A stretch of DNA of 64,000 bases from positions 45,880,001 to 45,944,000 of the forward strand of contig OZ076420.1 of NCBI GenBank assembly GCA_964187785.1, given 5' to 3'. Shown here piece by piece: positions 37,001-49,700 of the stretch. This DNA is from Amphiscolops sp. MND2022. Its lineage: Eukaryota. A program made the translations under genes and the position numbers. The notes beneath the pieces were generated by a model. The model did no database searches. It was not told where the DNA came from and saw nothing but the letters and a program-made list of their open reading frames with translations. Position 1 is the first letter of the stretch. The number at the start of each line of letters is the position of its first letter.

Positions 37001-40000
37001 CAGCGGACGGAAACGGAACGGCGTGACGGGGCGAAAGTGATCGAAATGATGACGATTGAAACTTGGTCGGCGACGGCGTCACGTTGCGACAGTTAGTAAC
37101 GTTAGTTGGCGTTTGGAAGCGAAAGCGGAGGCCCTTAAATTTCGTGATAGCTCGAAGAACAAAGGCAGTGACACGAACCAGACGTTTCCATGAAGAGAAA
37201 CAATCGACTTCAAGAGTTTGGAAAATGTCCTGTTGAACGATAGAGCTTGATGATGGTAAGGGGACCGAATGGGTCTGCGAGGCTGTGTTTGTGGAAAATG
37301 TTGAAGTAATGGTAACGTGTTCCATTGCACATTGCGTTGTTGACACAGTGGCTACTGCTGCGGCGTCTGTGCCAACTGAATCTTCGATGGCTACTGTGGC
37401 TGTTGTTATTTCGGCTGCTTCTTCTTCATCTTCTGCTTCTTCTTCTTCTTCTTCTTCTTCTGCTAAGACAGCGGCGGTGTCGGAATTGTGTGTGGCGACT
37501 TCCACGTTACGGAGACTTTTGGTGTGTGGGGCTTCAAAGTTTTTGGCTACGTCTGTGGCATCCTCGTTGGCTACGTCTGTGGCATCATCGTTGGCTACGT
37601 CTGTGGCATCGTTGTTGGCTACGTCTTTGGCATCATCATCGTTGGCTACGTCTGTGGCATCGTTGTTGTCTACGTCTGTGGCATCGTCGATGGCTACGTC
37701 TGTGGCGTCATCGTTAGCTACGTCTGTGGCATTGTCGTTGGCTATGTCTGTGGCATTGTCGTTGGCTATGTCTGTGGTATCATCGATGGCGTGGAAGCAA
37801 TTCTTCTGTGAGGTTCTGCGGGTACACATCATGGCTGTCATTTGCGGGTGAACGGGATTTGATGGCCATTGCGAAACTGGTTGTTTCAAGAACTCAGGTC
37901 CTTGGAACCAGCGAGTGTAACTATGAAAGTCGCGGAACGGAATTCCGCGCTTACCATCATCGGCGGGATTCGTTTCTCCAGGACAATGATTCCATTGGTG
38001 TGATTGTGTGTTGTTGAGTATTTCTGCTACCCTGTTGGCAACAAAAACTTGTTGACGTTGATGAGACCCATAAATCCACTGCAAGACAGTAGTGCTATCT
38101 GTCCAGAGATGGATAGAGTCGAATGAGAGTCGCTGTTCGTGTTGAACAAAGTTTGCGATGCGGGCGCCCAAAAGGGCTGCTGCAGTTCGAGCTTTGTGAT
38201 GGTATGTTGCTGAAAGGGAGCAACTCGCGCCTTACCAAGCGCGAAACAAGTTTCGAGCGGCGACGACGGCGAACAACGGTAAACGAAATACGCGACGGCG
38301 GCGAGAGCGGAGTAGGAGGCGTCAGTGAATACATGGAGCGTTATAGCGTGCGGTTTATCACGGAAATATTGTCGCGGAATTGTGACGGAAGACAGTTCAG
38401 GTAATTCAGCAACTGCGACGAAGAAATCAGGCAAGACTGAAGGAGTTATCGGGTCATCCCATTTCAAGCCTTTTCGCCAAATAGTCTGCTGAATGATGCG
38501 AAAACGAATGGTAACGGGGGCGGCGATTCCTAGAGGGTCGAACACGGAGGACGTGGCGCGCAAAAGGGCTTTTTGAGTAGGTTTCTGTCCTAACTGGCTT
38601 TTCAGCTTATCAGGTGAGAATTGCAGTTCATCAGTGGACAGATTCCACTCCACTCCGAGAACTTTTTGCATTTTGGGTGCATGGTGAAGCTCCTCGAGTG
38701 ACAAGGCGCGATGTTCAGAAGGAACTGCGGACAAGATTTCATGACAATTGGTGATCCATTTAGTCAGATTGAACCCTCCGCGCGATAGGACGGTGCGTAA
38801 ATCATGAATGATTTGAACGGCTTGCTGGACGGTGTCGGTGGAAACGAAAAGGTCATCCATGTAGAAATGGTCACGAACGAGGCGTTGTATATGCGGATAG
38901 TCGGTTGAGTGGTCATCGGCGCAAGTTTGGAGAGCAAAATTAGCACATGTTGGAGAGCATTTGGCTCCAAACACGAAGCGAAGATATTCGAAGAATTGGG
39001 GATCGTTTTCGCCCCAGAGGAAGCGGAGGAATTTGCGATCATCTGGGAGTACGGAAACTTGCATATACATGGCTTCAATGTCGGCGGAAAGCGGGTACTT
39101 ATTTTCGCGAAATCGGAGGATGATTCCAAGAAGGTTGGCTAGTAGGTCGGGACCAGTAAGAAGCATGTCATTCAGACACACTCCTTTATATTTGGCTCGA
39201 GCGTTGGAAACTCGTCGGAGTTTTCCAGGTTTAATCGGACGAAGAATTCCGTGTTCTGGTAGGAGCCATCCAGTGGATGGAATGTCATTAGCGGGAACGC
39301 GGCGAATGTATTCGTTTTTGAGATCGTTTTCAATAGTTGCGGAATACAAGCTGAGAGTGGCTGGGTCCTGATTGAGTCGTTGTTTCAATTTCTTGAATTG
39401 TTGAATGGTGGCGGCGAAGTTGTTCGGAAGTTCGGCGTTCGGCTTCCAGAGCAACCCTACTTCGTATCTGTTGTCAACGAAGCGAACGGTGTCTCTAAGT
39501 GTTTTAACAGCGTGTTTTTCTTCCTTTGACATGGTGACCTCAGGATTAATCCCAAAACTTTCCATTCTCCAGAAGGACGCGAGAAGATCGTATAAGTCGT
39601 CATCGTCGTGATGATTGTCGGTGGACGTGAGACAGTGGAACGTTGTGGCATGGAAAGTTGATTGATGATAACGGCTTTCATGGGGACCGCCGATGGTCCA
39701 ACCTATGTTAGTTAGGACGGCGCGCGGTGCGTTCGGAGGACCTTTGAAGACAGTTCGAGCGGTGATAAGATCGAAATTGTCTTGTCCCAAGATGAGTCCG
39801 ATCTGGTTGCTGAGAAGCTGCGGAAACTTGACACCTTGAAGGTGAGGAAATTGTTGACAGATTGCATTGAGAAAAGAGGTATCAACGTCGGCGAGATTGA
39901 ATGACGGCAAAACGAAAGTGTGGTTGATGGTGAAACTTTCAGCGGTGTTACCGAAAGGGTGAATTTTCACTGAAACCATGTTTGCTTCCAGTGATTTGGA

Positions 40001-43000
40001 CTCGTGAAACCCTCCAATGTCGAGTTTCACAGCAGGTCCGGTGATTTTGCATTGCAAAGAGTGAGCAACGTTTGAAAGTAGATAACTACATGTGCTTCCT
40101 GAATCGAGGAAAGCGTAGGTTGAAATGAAGGTGTTTTCATTTTCCAAAGTCACTGGTACCACCATCAAAAGGGCACCAACACTTGTAATGTCAGGTGGAG
40201 GTGGGCTTGTAGATGATTGGTTACCAGCAAGCTGAGTGTTTTGTAGTGGCTTCTTGGTGTTGGCGAAAGATTTTGTTGTAGATTTGGAATTGCGGTTGTT
40301 GTCGTTGGACTGCTGACTATGTTGTCGGGGAGTTTGCAGTATATTGTCGTCGTGTAGGGTTGTATGATGTTTGCGATTGCAAGAACGACAGTTGTGCTGA
40401 GACTTACAATCGTTTTTCAAGTGGTGTCCTAGACAATTCAGACAAAGTTTGTTGTCTAACAACATTTGGCGTTTCTGTTGGAGGTTGGCGTTCTTGTAAA
40501 TGGAGCAATGGGCTGGGTGATGATCAATTTTGTCGAAAGGACAAAGTGGTCGATTTTGTTTGTTTAGGGTAGATCGTGTTGGAGGTGGGTCTTTCGTTGT
40601 TGAGCTTGTTGACGGGCAGTTATCGGGGCTATATGGGAGATTATCGCAAGCGAGTGCAAATTGTCGCATCCAAACGTTGAAATGGATGAGGCTCGGTTGT
40701 TGCAAGTTGTTAGTCACCGCATACTGTGACCATTGTAGTCGTTGAACAGGCGGCAACTTGTTCACAGCAAATTGAACGTACAGTGTTGAGTTCAGGTCAT
40801 TGTAGAAACCAAGTGATTGAAATGATTCCACGAGGTTGTTAACGAAAGTAGAAAACTCTGTAAATGTGTTACGTTGCTGTATTGAAGGCTGACGAAAATT
40901 CTGTAGAAGGTGTAGAAACTTGTTAACAATTATCTCAGGTCTTCCGAATCGTCGTTGTAGTTCGGCAATTGCTGCGTCGTACATCTGGTTGTTACAAGAG
41001 AACACTGAAATAGCTTGGTTTGCTACTCCTATGGTCAGAGTTTGAAGATGGGTCATTTTCTCTGCTAACGAAATAGGTTGATCGTGGATTAGGGTTTTGA
41101 AAAGACCGTACCACAAGTTCCATTTCATGGGGTCTCCGTCATACGGCTCAATTTTCAGTTTTCGTCGAGCGGGATGAGAGAGAGTGTTATGTGGCGGTTC
41201 TAGTGTTTTAGAAAGCTTTAGCTGCTGGGTGTCTGCTTGTGGTTGAACATCTGCGGAGGAAAGACGCGTATTGTTCGGCGGATCATTTTGAATGGAAGGT
41301 CCGATGTGATTATCTATCGCTAGCGCTTCTCCTGATGTAGTGACATTTATTGTGTCGGCTGGTTGTAGTAGGTCGACTTCGTTGCGGTTGTTGCATGTTT
41401 CGTCGGGTTGATTTGCTGTTGCAGATTGGACCAAACTGGAGAACTTTTCTGTCAAATCGTCGTATTCATCCTGTATTTTGGTGAAATCGACGATGAGTTG
41501 GTCAGCTGTTGCATTCTCGGGTAGATGATCGAGTAAAAATAGCGTAGATTCTTCGACATCAGCGAGAATTATCTTCAGTTCAACCTTTAGTGGTTCAATA
41601 TTGAAGTTGAAATTTTCTTCTTCGATGGCTCTGTATATTCTGCTAAAGAGTCGAGTGGCTTTGGCAATATGAAAGTTTCGCTGTGCAAGCGATGTTTTCG
41701 GTTGGTTGGCTTTGGAAGGCATGGTGAGTCACAAAAGGAAATTGCAAAAGATCGTAACAAAATGGTTGATCAATTGGTGGAAGAGACAAATTCTGTGGTG
41801 AATCTAGCTGGAGATTACTCTAACTTGAAACTTGCGGCAACAATCTGATCATCAATTGCAGGTTGAAGTTGATGGTTTATCAAAAGGCAGTAGAAGAATC
41901 AAATTTTGAGGCGTATCTTTTGGTAGACAACCTTAACTTGATACTTTTGATACTGATTCGATAACCTAGTCTTAACCCCAAAGAAAGCAAAGCAATTCCT
42001 ATTTTTTTACGAATGCAAATTGAGTCAGCCGTCCTTGACAGAAGGCCAGCCAGTTCCCAGAGAAAAGCGGGTTCGGATCTTTAGGGCGCCATGTAAGAAA
42101 ACTGTAGGGTTTGCATTCAGTTTCTTTTACTCTTTCAGCTCATTCAGAGCGGCCCAGATTGATTGGTGGGTCTGAAGTTTCAATGGCGAAGAAAATCAAA
42201 AGAGAGAAAATAGACCATTCCAATCAATCTGGGTCTATTCTTTTCTAATCGAAGAAATCTTGTGTCAATAGTTTCTATTTCATTCCACTGTATCGAGTAA
42301 AGTAAATCGTTTTTGGTGAACAGCAATTCAACAGTTACTTTGAGAAGTTTTCACATCCATTCAATCAAGACAAGCGAAAGTTATCACGTTCATTTCAGAA
42401 AAAGTTTGAAGAAAGTTTTCAGGCAAGCGGAAGTTGACTTCTGTTGAAATCCCAATTTCGTTGGAATGTTCGAAATCAGTTACATATCAACTTGGCATTT
42501 TCCTTCAATCTTCAGTTACTTTTCACCTAATGATAATTCGTTCGAATTATTATTGTTCCCAGTATTATGCCTCTGTTTTTTATTTTCCAGATATTCAGTT
42601 TCCCGCTTGAGTAGCCCCGTTTTCTACCAAAATATAGTTCCGGCGTAATTCTCAGTCGGCTAAAATCATTTTCATTTCCGCTCACTACGGGTAATGATTA
42701 CGTAATCGGCGACGCTGATACAACGTAAATTCAAACAATTTAATGTTCCAAGCTCACATTTTTCTGGGACTTTGGCTTGTTGTTGAGTCATTTTTCAAAG
42801 GAAAAAATAAAATATACATTTTCAGTTGCTTCGTACAATTCCTTTCTTTGGATTCCAAATGCAGACTTCTGCGCGATAGAACTGAAGTGGCTACAACCTG
42901 TCCTCTTGTGGGGTGGAGTTTGGTCGCTGTTTGGTATGCTTGTCGTCCCCACCATTCTCATGGTGTTCGCATATGCCCACATCTCCTACAAGTTGTCTCA

Positions 43001-45409
43001 GATGCCTCCTGAGTCGCAAGGTTCATGTGAAATATCCCAGATTTCGAAGACATGGAACGCTCGGTAGAAATTAAATTAATACAAATAAGTTTTCGGTCGA
43101 CAAATATTTCATACCTCAAAAAATTACATTTATACAATCATAAATATAATTACATACATGAGTTATTGGACCATAAGGTTGTCTATCTAGGGTTGTGTAC
43201 AGACAAAAGCGCCCCAGTCAAAAGCGCCTAAAATACGTCTACCCTCACCTAGGGGCAGTCACAGGCACAATGCCCTAATAATCTACCCCTATTCCAATTC
43301 ATCTTTGATTTTGATGAAACGATGATAATCCACTGGATATAGTATACCCTGGCCTAGGCAAGAATGTTACGATCAGGCATGATCATGCCGAGGGTATCAT
43401 ATTTTACCATGATTTACCATGTTTTACCATAATTCACCATGCTGAACCATGATCTTGGCAAGCGTTGCATCTCTTCGAGTGCTGGGATTTCGGTGTGGAA
43501 GAATAAAAATTCCTTGGACCGAATTCATTCGTTACTAATTTGTAAATGATTCTGTAAAACATTCACGCATATGATTTGTTTTCAGATTTCAAAAATTGTA
43601 TTGATTTCTCAAAAAGAAGGTATAAAGCTTGTAAATGATGCTTGGCACGTGAAAAGTGGCATCAATGCATTTGGCATTTGAAATGGAGGTTTTAAAAATG
43701 TTCCTTTTAACTGTAGAAACAAGAAGATGGCGAAATTTTATTTTCAAGATGAATTCAGAAAGAAATTCAGGTACACGACAAACTTACAATTAAAGTTAAT
43801 TAAAAATACCGTTTTTCTATTTTGATTTTTAAAAAAACACGCACAGACACGCCTTTCCACTTTGCAATCACGGTATAAGTATTGACAACTTCTTTTGTTA
43901 GTTTCTTTAAAACTGAGTGCGCACTGTAATTGATTGCTTTTTTGTCATTTTTCCAGGTTTTGTTATAAGTTACAGCGACAAAAAAATTAAAATTCTAACC
44001 AAACAAAACAGCCGATTTTAATCATCCGTTCTCAAAGTAGTCCCTGAAAAAACTCTCATAGAACTTCTTACTGGACATTTTTCCAATTCGCTGAACCCGG
44101 AAAGTGAACAATATTGGGTTTTTCAACAGCTTCTGAGCAAAAAAAAAATTTCGAAAAAGTTTTTAGTTTTACGAATTTGCTTGCCACACTGGTGCTAGTA
44201 GGCTATTTGTTTACGTGATATGGTTGCGCACCTTTAATTAAACGTTTTTTTCAGTTTTCCAGGTTTTGTTATAAGCTAAGGCGACAAAAAATTGAACCAA
44301 TCATCAATTTTACTGCGACTTCAATGAAAGAAAACTTCGGTAACATTAAAAGTTTTTCAAAAGCGTCTTATTCAGTGTGCTATTTGACTAACGGTGATTA
44401 CATAAGGTATTTACTTGAGAATCCTAAGCGTGAAAACAAAGTGATCGCGGTGGTGAAGAAGTGGAAATGTTTTCATGTTTTAATTGAAATAGTGGAAGCT
44501 GCATTGTAATCTTACAAAAATTGTCAATGTATGTCCATTAATTTTCCATGTTCTGTAAAAAAAATTAGGATGCATGTTTCCATGCAGCATGTAAAAAGTT
44601 TAAGCAAGCTCGACTAGGGTACGTTATTTGGTAGCGTCTGAGCTGGCAAAGTTTGAAATTTTGAGCGCAAAAAACTTGCCTTGCAAGCTATAAAAACATG
44701 GAAATGTTTCGACCACTTTCAACTAGGGTGCTTACTTCATTGCAGTTGTTTCTAATTCCAGCAAGACGTTCCCAGAAGAAAGTTACCTTTTCCTGTTTTG
44801 TGGCCGTAATGATCTTCTTCGGCTGCTGGCTCCCCGGTATTGGAAATTTCCACTTTAAAATTTTCAATCATTTTATTTTTTTTTTCAATTTCATATAAAG
44901 TTAACTTTTTATTGCGGCAAAATCCTTGTTTCAAATCGATCCACAGTTGTGTCGATAATTGTTTATCGCAAAAAGATTGAGCAATGGTTCAACAAATAGT
45001 GAGTTTGGTTCTTATGTTAGCTCTAATTACCTCAATGAATGTAGTATGACGAAATATGTCGACAAAAATGAATCAGCAAAACAATTTTCAACAGTTTTCT
45101 CTTAAACTTTTTGATCACTTTCAAATTATTCAAGTCCGCAAAAAAAGTAAAATTTTTGCAATGTGGGAAAGTTCCATTACAGATCAAATTTATTTCTTTC
45201 TCTACTCTCTGAACATTGCTGCGCTGGATTTACATTTGGATTCTGTTCTTTATCACACTGTGTTGAATCTGGGCTACTTGAACAGTTGTCTGAACCCGAT
45301 ACTGTTTGGACTCTTCAATCCAACCTACAGGGCTGCGTTCAAGCGGATGTTTTGTATTCAAAGGGGCACAAAGAAGAGTACACAAAAATCAACCGAGCGC
45401 ACTGGATGA
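31073..45409 (+). CDS. Rhodopsin-family (class A) GPCR, 326 aa, peptide-receptor-like; exons 31073-31289, 31820-31985, 34586-34686, 42826-43020, 44762-44836, 45183-45409
   Basis: All five introns are GT-AG with matching phases (1,2,1,1,1); the exons total 981 nt. Motifs: GN (TM1), NLAVVD (TM2), DR|Y (TM3), W (TM4), P..Y (TM5), CWLP (TM6), NSCLNPILF (TM7). The start codon could lie slightly upstream. Confidence 0.92.
32664..33206. mobile_element. MITE with ~28-bp TIRs (CCCAGTGTRAAAACTCTTGMAACTCTTG), CACTA/EnSpm-like termini
   Basis: cccagtgtgaaaactcttgaaactcttg at 32664 is the inverse of caagagttgcaagagtttttacactggg ending at 33206; flanked by CG on both sides (possible 2-bp TSD). Related CAAGA/TCTTG-rich fragments at about 28190-28980 and 53290-53410. 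Confidence 0.75.
34432..34555 (+). mobile_element. tRNA-derived SINE (Ala-like head)
   Basis: A box TGGCCATAGCTGG, B box GGTTCGAACCC, followed by a non-tRNA body; no intact cloverleaf. Confidence 0.7.
35065..35457 (-). repeat. BEL/Pao 3' LTR
   Basis: About 99% identical to 42092-42484. Confidence 0.96.
35638..41722 (-). CDS. BEL/Pao gag-pol polyprotein, with two single-base frameshifts near 38180 and 36250
   Basis: Gag with three Cys/His knuckles (CPFD..H..AHC, CLNC..H...DC, CRSC..H...H); protease AFLDSGS; RT ADIEAMY/YMDD; RNase H FTDAS, WTDS, NPAD; integrase H..H..CxxC, GLDVFGP, SDNGTNF, WERL; order PR-RT-RH-IN. Confidence 0.95.
37418..37790 (-). repeat. In-frame 24-bp tandem array (ATDVANDD)n plus a poly-Glu tract inside pol
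   Basis: About 10 units of GGCTACGTCTGTGGCATCGTCGTT on + (37545-37790) and (TTC)n at about 37418-37460. Confidence 0.92.
42092..42484 (-). repeat. BEL/Pao 5' LTR
   Basis: Preceded on + by ...ttagggcgcca (PBS on the minus strand). Confidence 0.96.
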
Positions 45410-46483
45410 AATACGAAAAACCCAAACACCCAAAAATCTTGCATGCCCCTTGCTCTGAAGGGATATTACCTTCGAACTCGATAGAAATATTATGAATGCT
45501 CCTCACTCCTCAAACTTTTGTAGAAACTGCACTTCTCAAAACTTTTTTCCCAGAAGTTCTGATTGAAGACGTTTTACTCGAAATTATTTGCACGATTTTG
45601 CAATACTACTAAGAAAAAAGTTTTACCAAAAATTTTAAACGTTAGAAATTTGTCCGTCAGGTATTTTTTCTAATGAACACTTGTCACTTCAAATTGCTTT
45701 CTAAGAATTGAAAGAGAATCCACTAATCACAAAATTATTTTCAATTGTGTAAGAAATACTATCTTTGATTATTAAAAGTATTAACTTTGAGAAAAAAACG
45801 CGGTTCTGAAACTAGATTTTCAAGGAAGTCTATCAGAGGCTTAATCAAATGATATCATCCATTATTAGATTTATTTACTTCAACACGCATTTGAAAAATT
45901 TCTGAAAGTTTTGAATGTAAGTTGCTACAAAATATTTGACAGCGGAAGGCACGCCAATCAGAAAGCGTCTTGTTGAGTTAATTGAATGCAATTAATACTA
46001 GGCTAACGATGTTGATGTTAATGGAGGTGCCACGTTCAAGCTTGTTCTTAAGACGATTAGAATTGCAGACGAAAACGCATTGTTTCTTGATATATGAATT
46101 GGACAAAAAGCCTCAAGAGTGTTATTAACACAGTGCTGTGTTATCCGATTGTTAATTGCTTGATCTAGTATGTAGCAGGTGCGAAAGAATATTGCGCGAT
46201 AGTATGTAGTAGCTATTGACGACTGCAACACGCGGTCGTGATTGCGGTTTAATTAACACCTGAAGCAACAACCAACCAGAAAGCAGTAACTAATGACGCA
46301 TAACAAAAGTGAGTACTGGCAAAGGGTACAATTGACCTTCAGTGAGATTTTGGTTACCATACTGTGCAGGCCCTATCTACATCAGTACTCTACAGGTTTG
46401 GAAAGATTCTCTATTCTCATTTTTCTTAACAATTCCATTTAAAAAATCTCAATTCAACTCTTCAAACTCAAAGACTTTCCTAC

Positions 46484-46790
46484 ATGGTGATCACCAGAGC
46501 TCATAGTAAAACTAACGTCCAAGCCAGAAATACCAACATGAATGATTATAGTGATAATGAAAGTGACATCAGTTTGCACGAACTCAACTCACACAATTTA
46601 ATTGCCGAAACAGTAGTCATCACTCTAATAAGCAAGAAAGGTATCTTGAACAGACCCACATTGAACGCATGTTCAATGGAAAGAATAAACAAATTGGTGA
46701 ACTAACAACCCTAGTTAAAACATTGCCTGACAAGGTGGCCTCATCTAATAATAGAGAAGAGAATGACTCTAATGCTCGAAGTTTCAGATC
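46484..46790 (+). pseudogene. Possible relic of a retrotransposon gag N-terminus
   Basis: MVITRAHS...NMNDYSDNESD, then in a shifted frame ERMFNGKNKQIGELTTLVKTLPDKVASSNNREEND (coiled-coil-like); no pol or LTR pair seen. Confidence 0.35.
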
Positions 46791-49700
46791 CACGAGTCAT
46801 TCTGACAGTATATACAAAATTTATGACACTGTGTTCTGCTAAATATTCGGATCTTTGTAACACAATAGTTGAGAACTACGGGTGAGAAAAAACATTTTGG
46901 TGATAGTCACACTGGTCATCACTTTTACCTGCAATTCATTCCCGAGAAATCATTCTTGAAAAGTGAACAGCCAAAAATGGTTGCATTCCTCCGATACAAA
47001 ATTTTCACGGATTGAAACCTAAAATTTAGGACATTTGTGATGCTTTTTCAGAGTAGACTTTCAAGGAGAACGTTATCACAAAAAGTTCCGAACTCAAAAG
47101 TTAAAGACAATAATCGAAGTACAAATACTGTTGCAGGAAGATCTCGGTAAAGCCAGTGGTCTGGGGAATAATTGCATCATGATGTATCAATGCATCAATG
47201 TATTTTGCATCATCCCAAGTAGGCCAAGTGATAAAACTAAGACAAGTTTCCATCGATTTTGACACAAAAATTCCCCTTCTAGTTTTGATAAAAATTGGAA
47301 GGATTCGTGCATCTGAGCTTTTTCTGAGAGAACGAAACCACAATACTAATGTCTAGAAAAAGCTGATCTTTATTAATCAATACTCGTAAATGACACAGAA
47401 GGAAGCATAAGCAGTTTTATCAGAAATCACGAAGGGACCAACAAACAGTACATATTTTTTCGAAACGGAAATTACGCCATTAACTTAGCTGCTTGGTACA
47501 GACTTGAATTCGACTCCTTTTTATTGTCGTTTCTGTCAACTAATGTACAATGAAAAAAGTTGACGAAGAATTGGGAACAACAAAAAAGACCAGAAAAACA
47601 CGGAATTCATTCGTACGGAAATTATATGAAGATTTTGCCGTAGGTACATTGAACATAATTTGAAAATCGTTTTTTTCATTTTGGGTGCACTGAAATAAAA
47701 GATAGAAGAATTGCCCACAATCAAGTGTGGTAATTTTTTCATACTCTTGACTTGATAGGATAACTTGAAATTAAATCTTAAAAATACACTTTCAAAGACC
47801 AATTCTTCTACTTTCAACTGAGAGCAAAAAACTGTGATTTCGAAGTGAAACACTGCGGAATACTCAAGTTGACTCATCACACGTACCTGGAAAAATAAAA
47901 ACCTGGACTGATGTCGGGAACCTATGCTGGACAGATTACACAGTTGTCACACCAACTGGGATATTATTCAGCACCTTTGTACAATGTGTTTGTCGACCGC
48001 GCATCTACCAATGGTACACTTAAATATATGAAAAAATGTGACACTTTGTACATTTTGTATTGGAGCGTACAGACAGGTTTTCTGAGTCGTTGAGGTAGTT
48101 ATCATTATTGAATGAAAAGGTATTGAATTCTCTTTTACTTCCTTTCAATTTAGATCTACCCAAACAAAAGTTTTCTAACTAAGATACTGTTTTGTCATTA
48201 TTGATTAGCAACCTCTGATTTACATCATTACAAACAATTAAACAATCTTGAGCACTTTAGATTATATAGGCAGTATTATTTTTTGTTCTATGAGATGATT
48301 CACAAAAGAGATGAAAAATTGATATTCTGCTATGTTTCTCTGGAAATACCCCTTGGTTCAGTTCAATCCATTAAGATACAACACCATATACAGACACTTG
48401 TTGCAATGGACCAGATGAAAATTTTTCCACGATTTTCACAGCTATTGGCGAAACACGAAACAACAGGAATTTCTACAAAGAAATTGATGCTTTGTGAGCC
48501 AAAGATGTTTGATAGATCGTGTAGGACAACATGCAGGCTATTTTCAATTTCGATTGAGTAAATATTTGGTCAGAGGAAAATGTAAATCTTCATTTCGCTC
48601 CGACTGTAGTAGCGCTTAATTAGTGGACGCTGTTAAGTTTGTAAAACTGCAAAGTATCTGACAAAAACAACTTCGTAACGAAAATGCTATCTCTCAAAAA
48701 CGAGCCTCAACCTGTACTGAGCTTACATGACTTTTCGTGTTTTTAAATGAGAATTTGCGTTTTCAACCGCTGTCATTTCAGTTTCAAAACAATCCGAACC
48801 CAATGCAATTGCAACTGACGCATCTTCGACCTATCATCAAAAGTTCAATGTCGTTGTGTTCTTCAAGAACATCCTAAGCATTAAATTACCGCTTTCTAAA
48901 GTTTCGTTGCACTAAAATTCACAACGGACAAAAACCACAGAATGACGTGACTAAATGACCGAATTCAGTAGTGCATTCAACAACAGGCCAAACGCGTTCT
49001 CAAATTCACCATCAATGATGTCAAGTCAAAGTGTGCACGGGTAGTGACTGATTATGTAACTCAATCAAAAACTTTTTGACAATAACACCTCATTCTCTTA
49101 AATTTAAACTGAACGCCCAATGAAGTTGTTAGTTGGAGAACTCAGTTACATAAAACAACATAGGCCATCGCTATAGCTACAAACAAGTTTGATAATTCCT
49201 TCAACCAACCATGTTTCAAGGAGACCTAAGCACGTTTTTCTTAGTCGCCTCTTTTGCTGTTATTCAGAAAAAAGGCTAACTTAATCAGGAATGATGAAAT
49301 GGAGAATATTGAAGGTGGCGGTGCCTATTCTATTCTCTTGTTGTCTTTTGGGCAACAACCTGTTCTTTTTTTCGCCCTGCTATCGAGAGGATGACAATTA
49401 TGCGTGTGACTTCCTTTCGAACTAATATTCACTTCTTTGTTAGTACGAAAGCGGTTGGGCATTTGGTTGAATATTAGTACGAACGTCTCCATTGAATGCT
49501 TTTTGAAGTAACATAGTTCTGATTATGACAAAAACTGTTATATACAGCTATGTTGCTCTTCTGGTTGATTTTTTGGTTTGAAGTTGCATGTATTGGGTTC
49601 CAATGTTTCTTGGACTTGGCATCTGGAATGGTTGCAATTCAGTCGACCTCGCTATGTTTACAACGAAGCGTTTCCTAGTACAAAGCTACTCTCATAGAGT

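Larger units (their letters stand above)
35065..42484 (-). mobile_element. BEL/Pao LTR retrotransposon, near full length (7,420 bp), in GPCR intron 3
   Basis: 393-bp LTRs 35065-35457 and 42092-42484 (TGT...ACA, 4 mismatches seen); TSD TATCA (35060-35064, 42485-42489); PBS-like TGGCGCCC and PPT-like AAAATGAGGCCGGG on the minus strand. Confidence 0.96.

Noticed and set aside
37285-37851. Plus-strand repetitive ORFs (LATSVASS, RWLRLWHH, GYVCGIVV), superficially membrane or antimicrobial-like
   Set aside because: They are shadow frames of the stop-free 24-bp array whose true frame is minus-strand pol.
47101-48561. ORFs 47101..47343 (-) and 48283..48561 (+)
   Set aside because: No recognisable motifs or consistent splice signals; probably decayed repeats.
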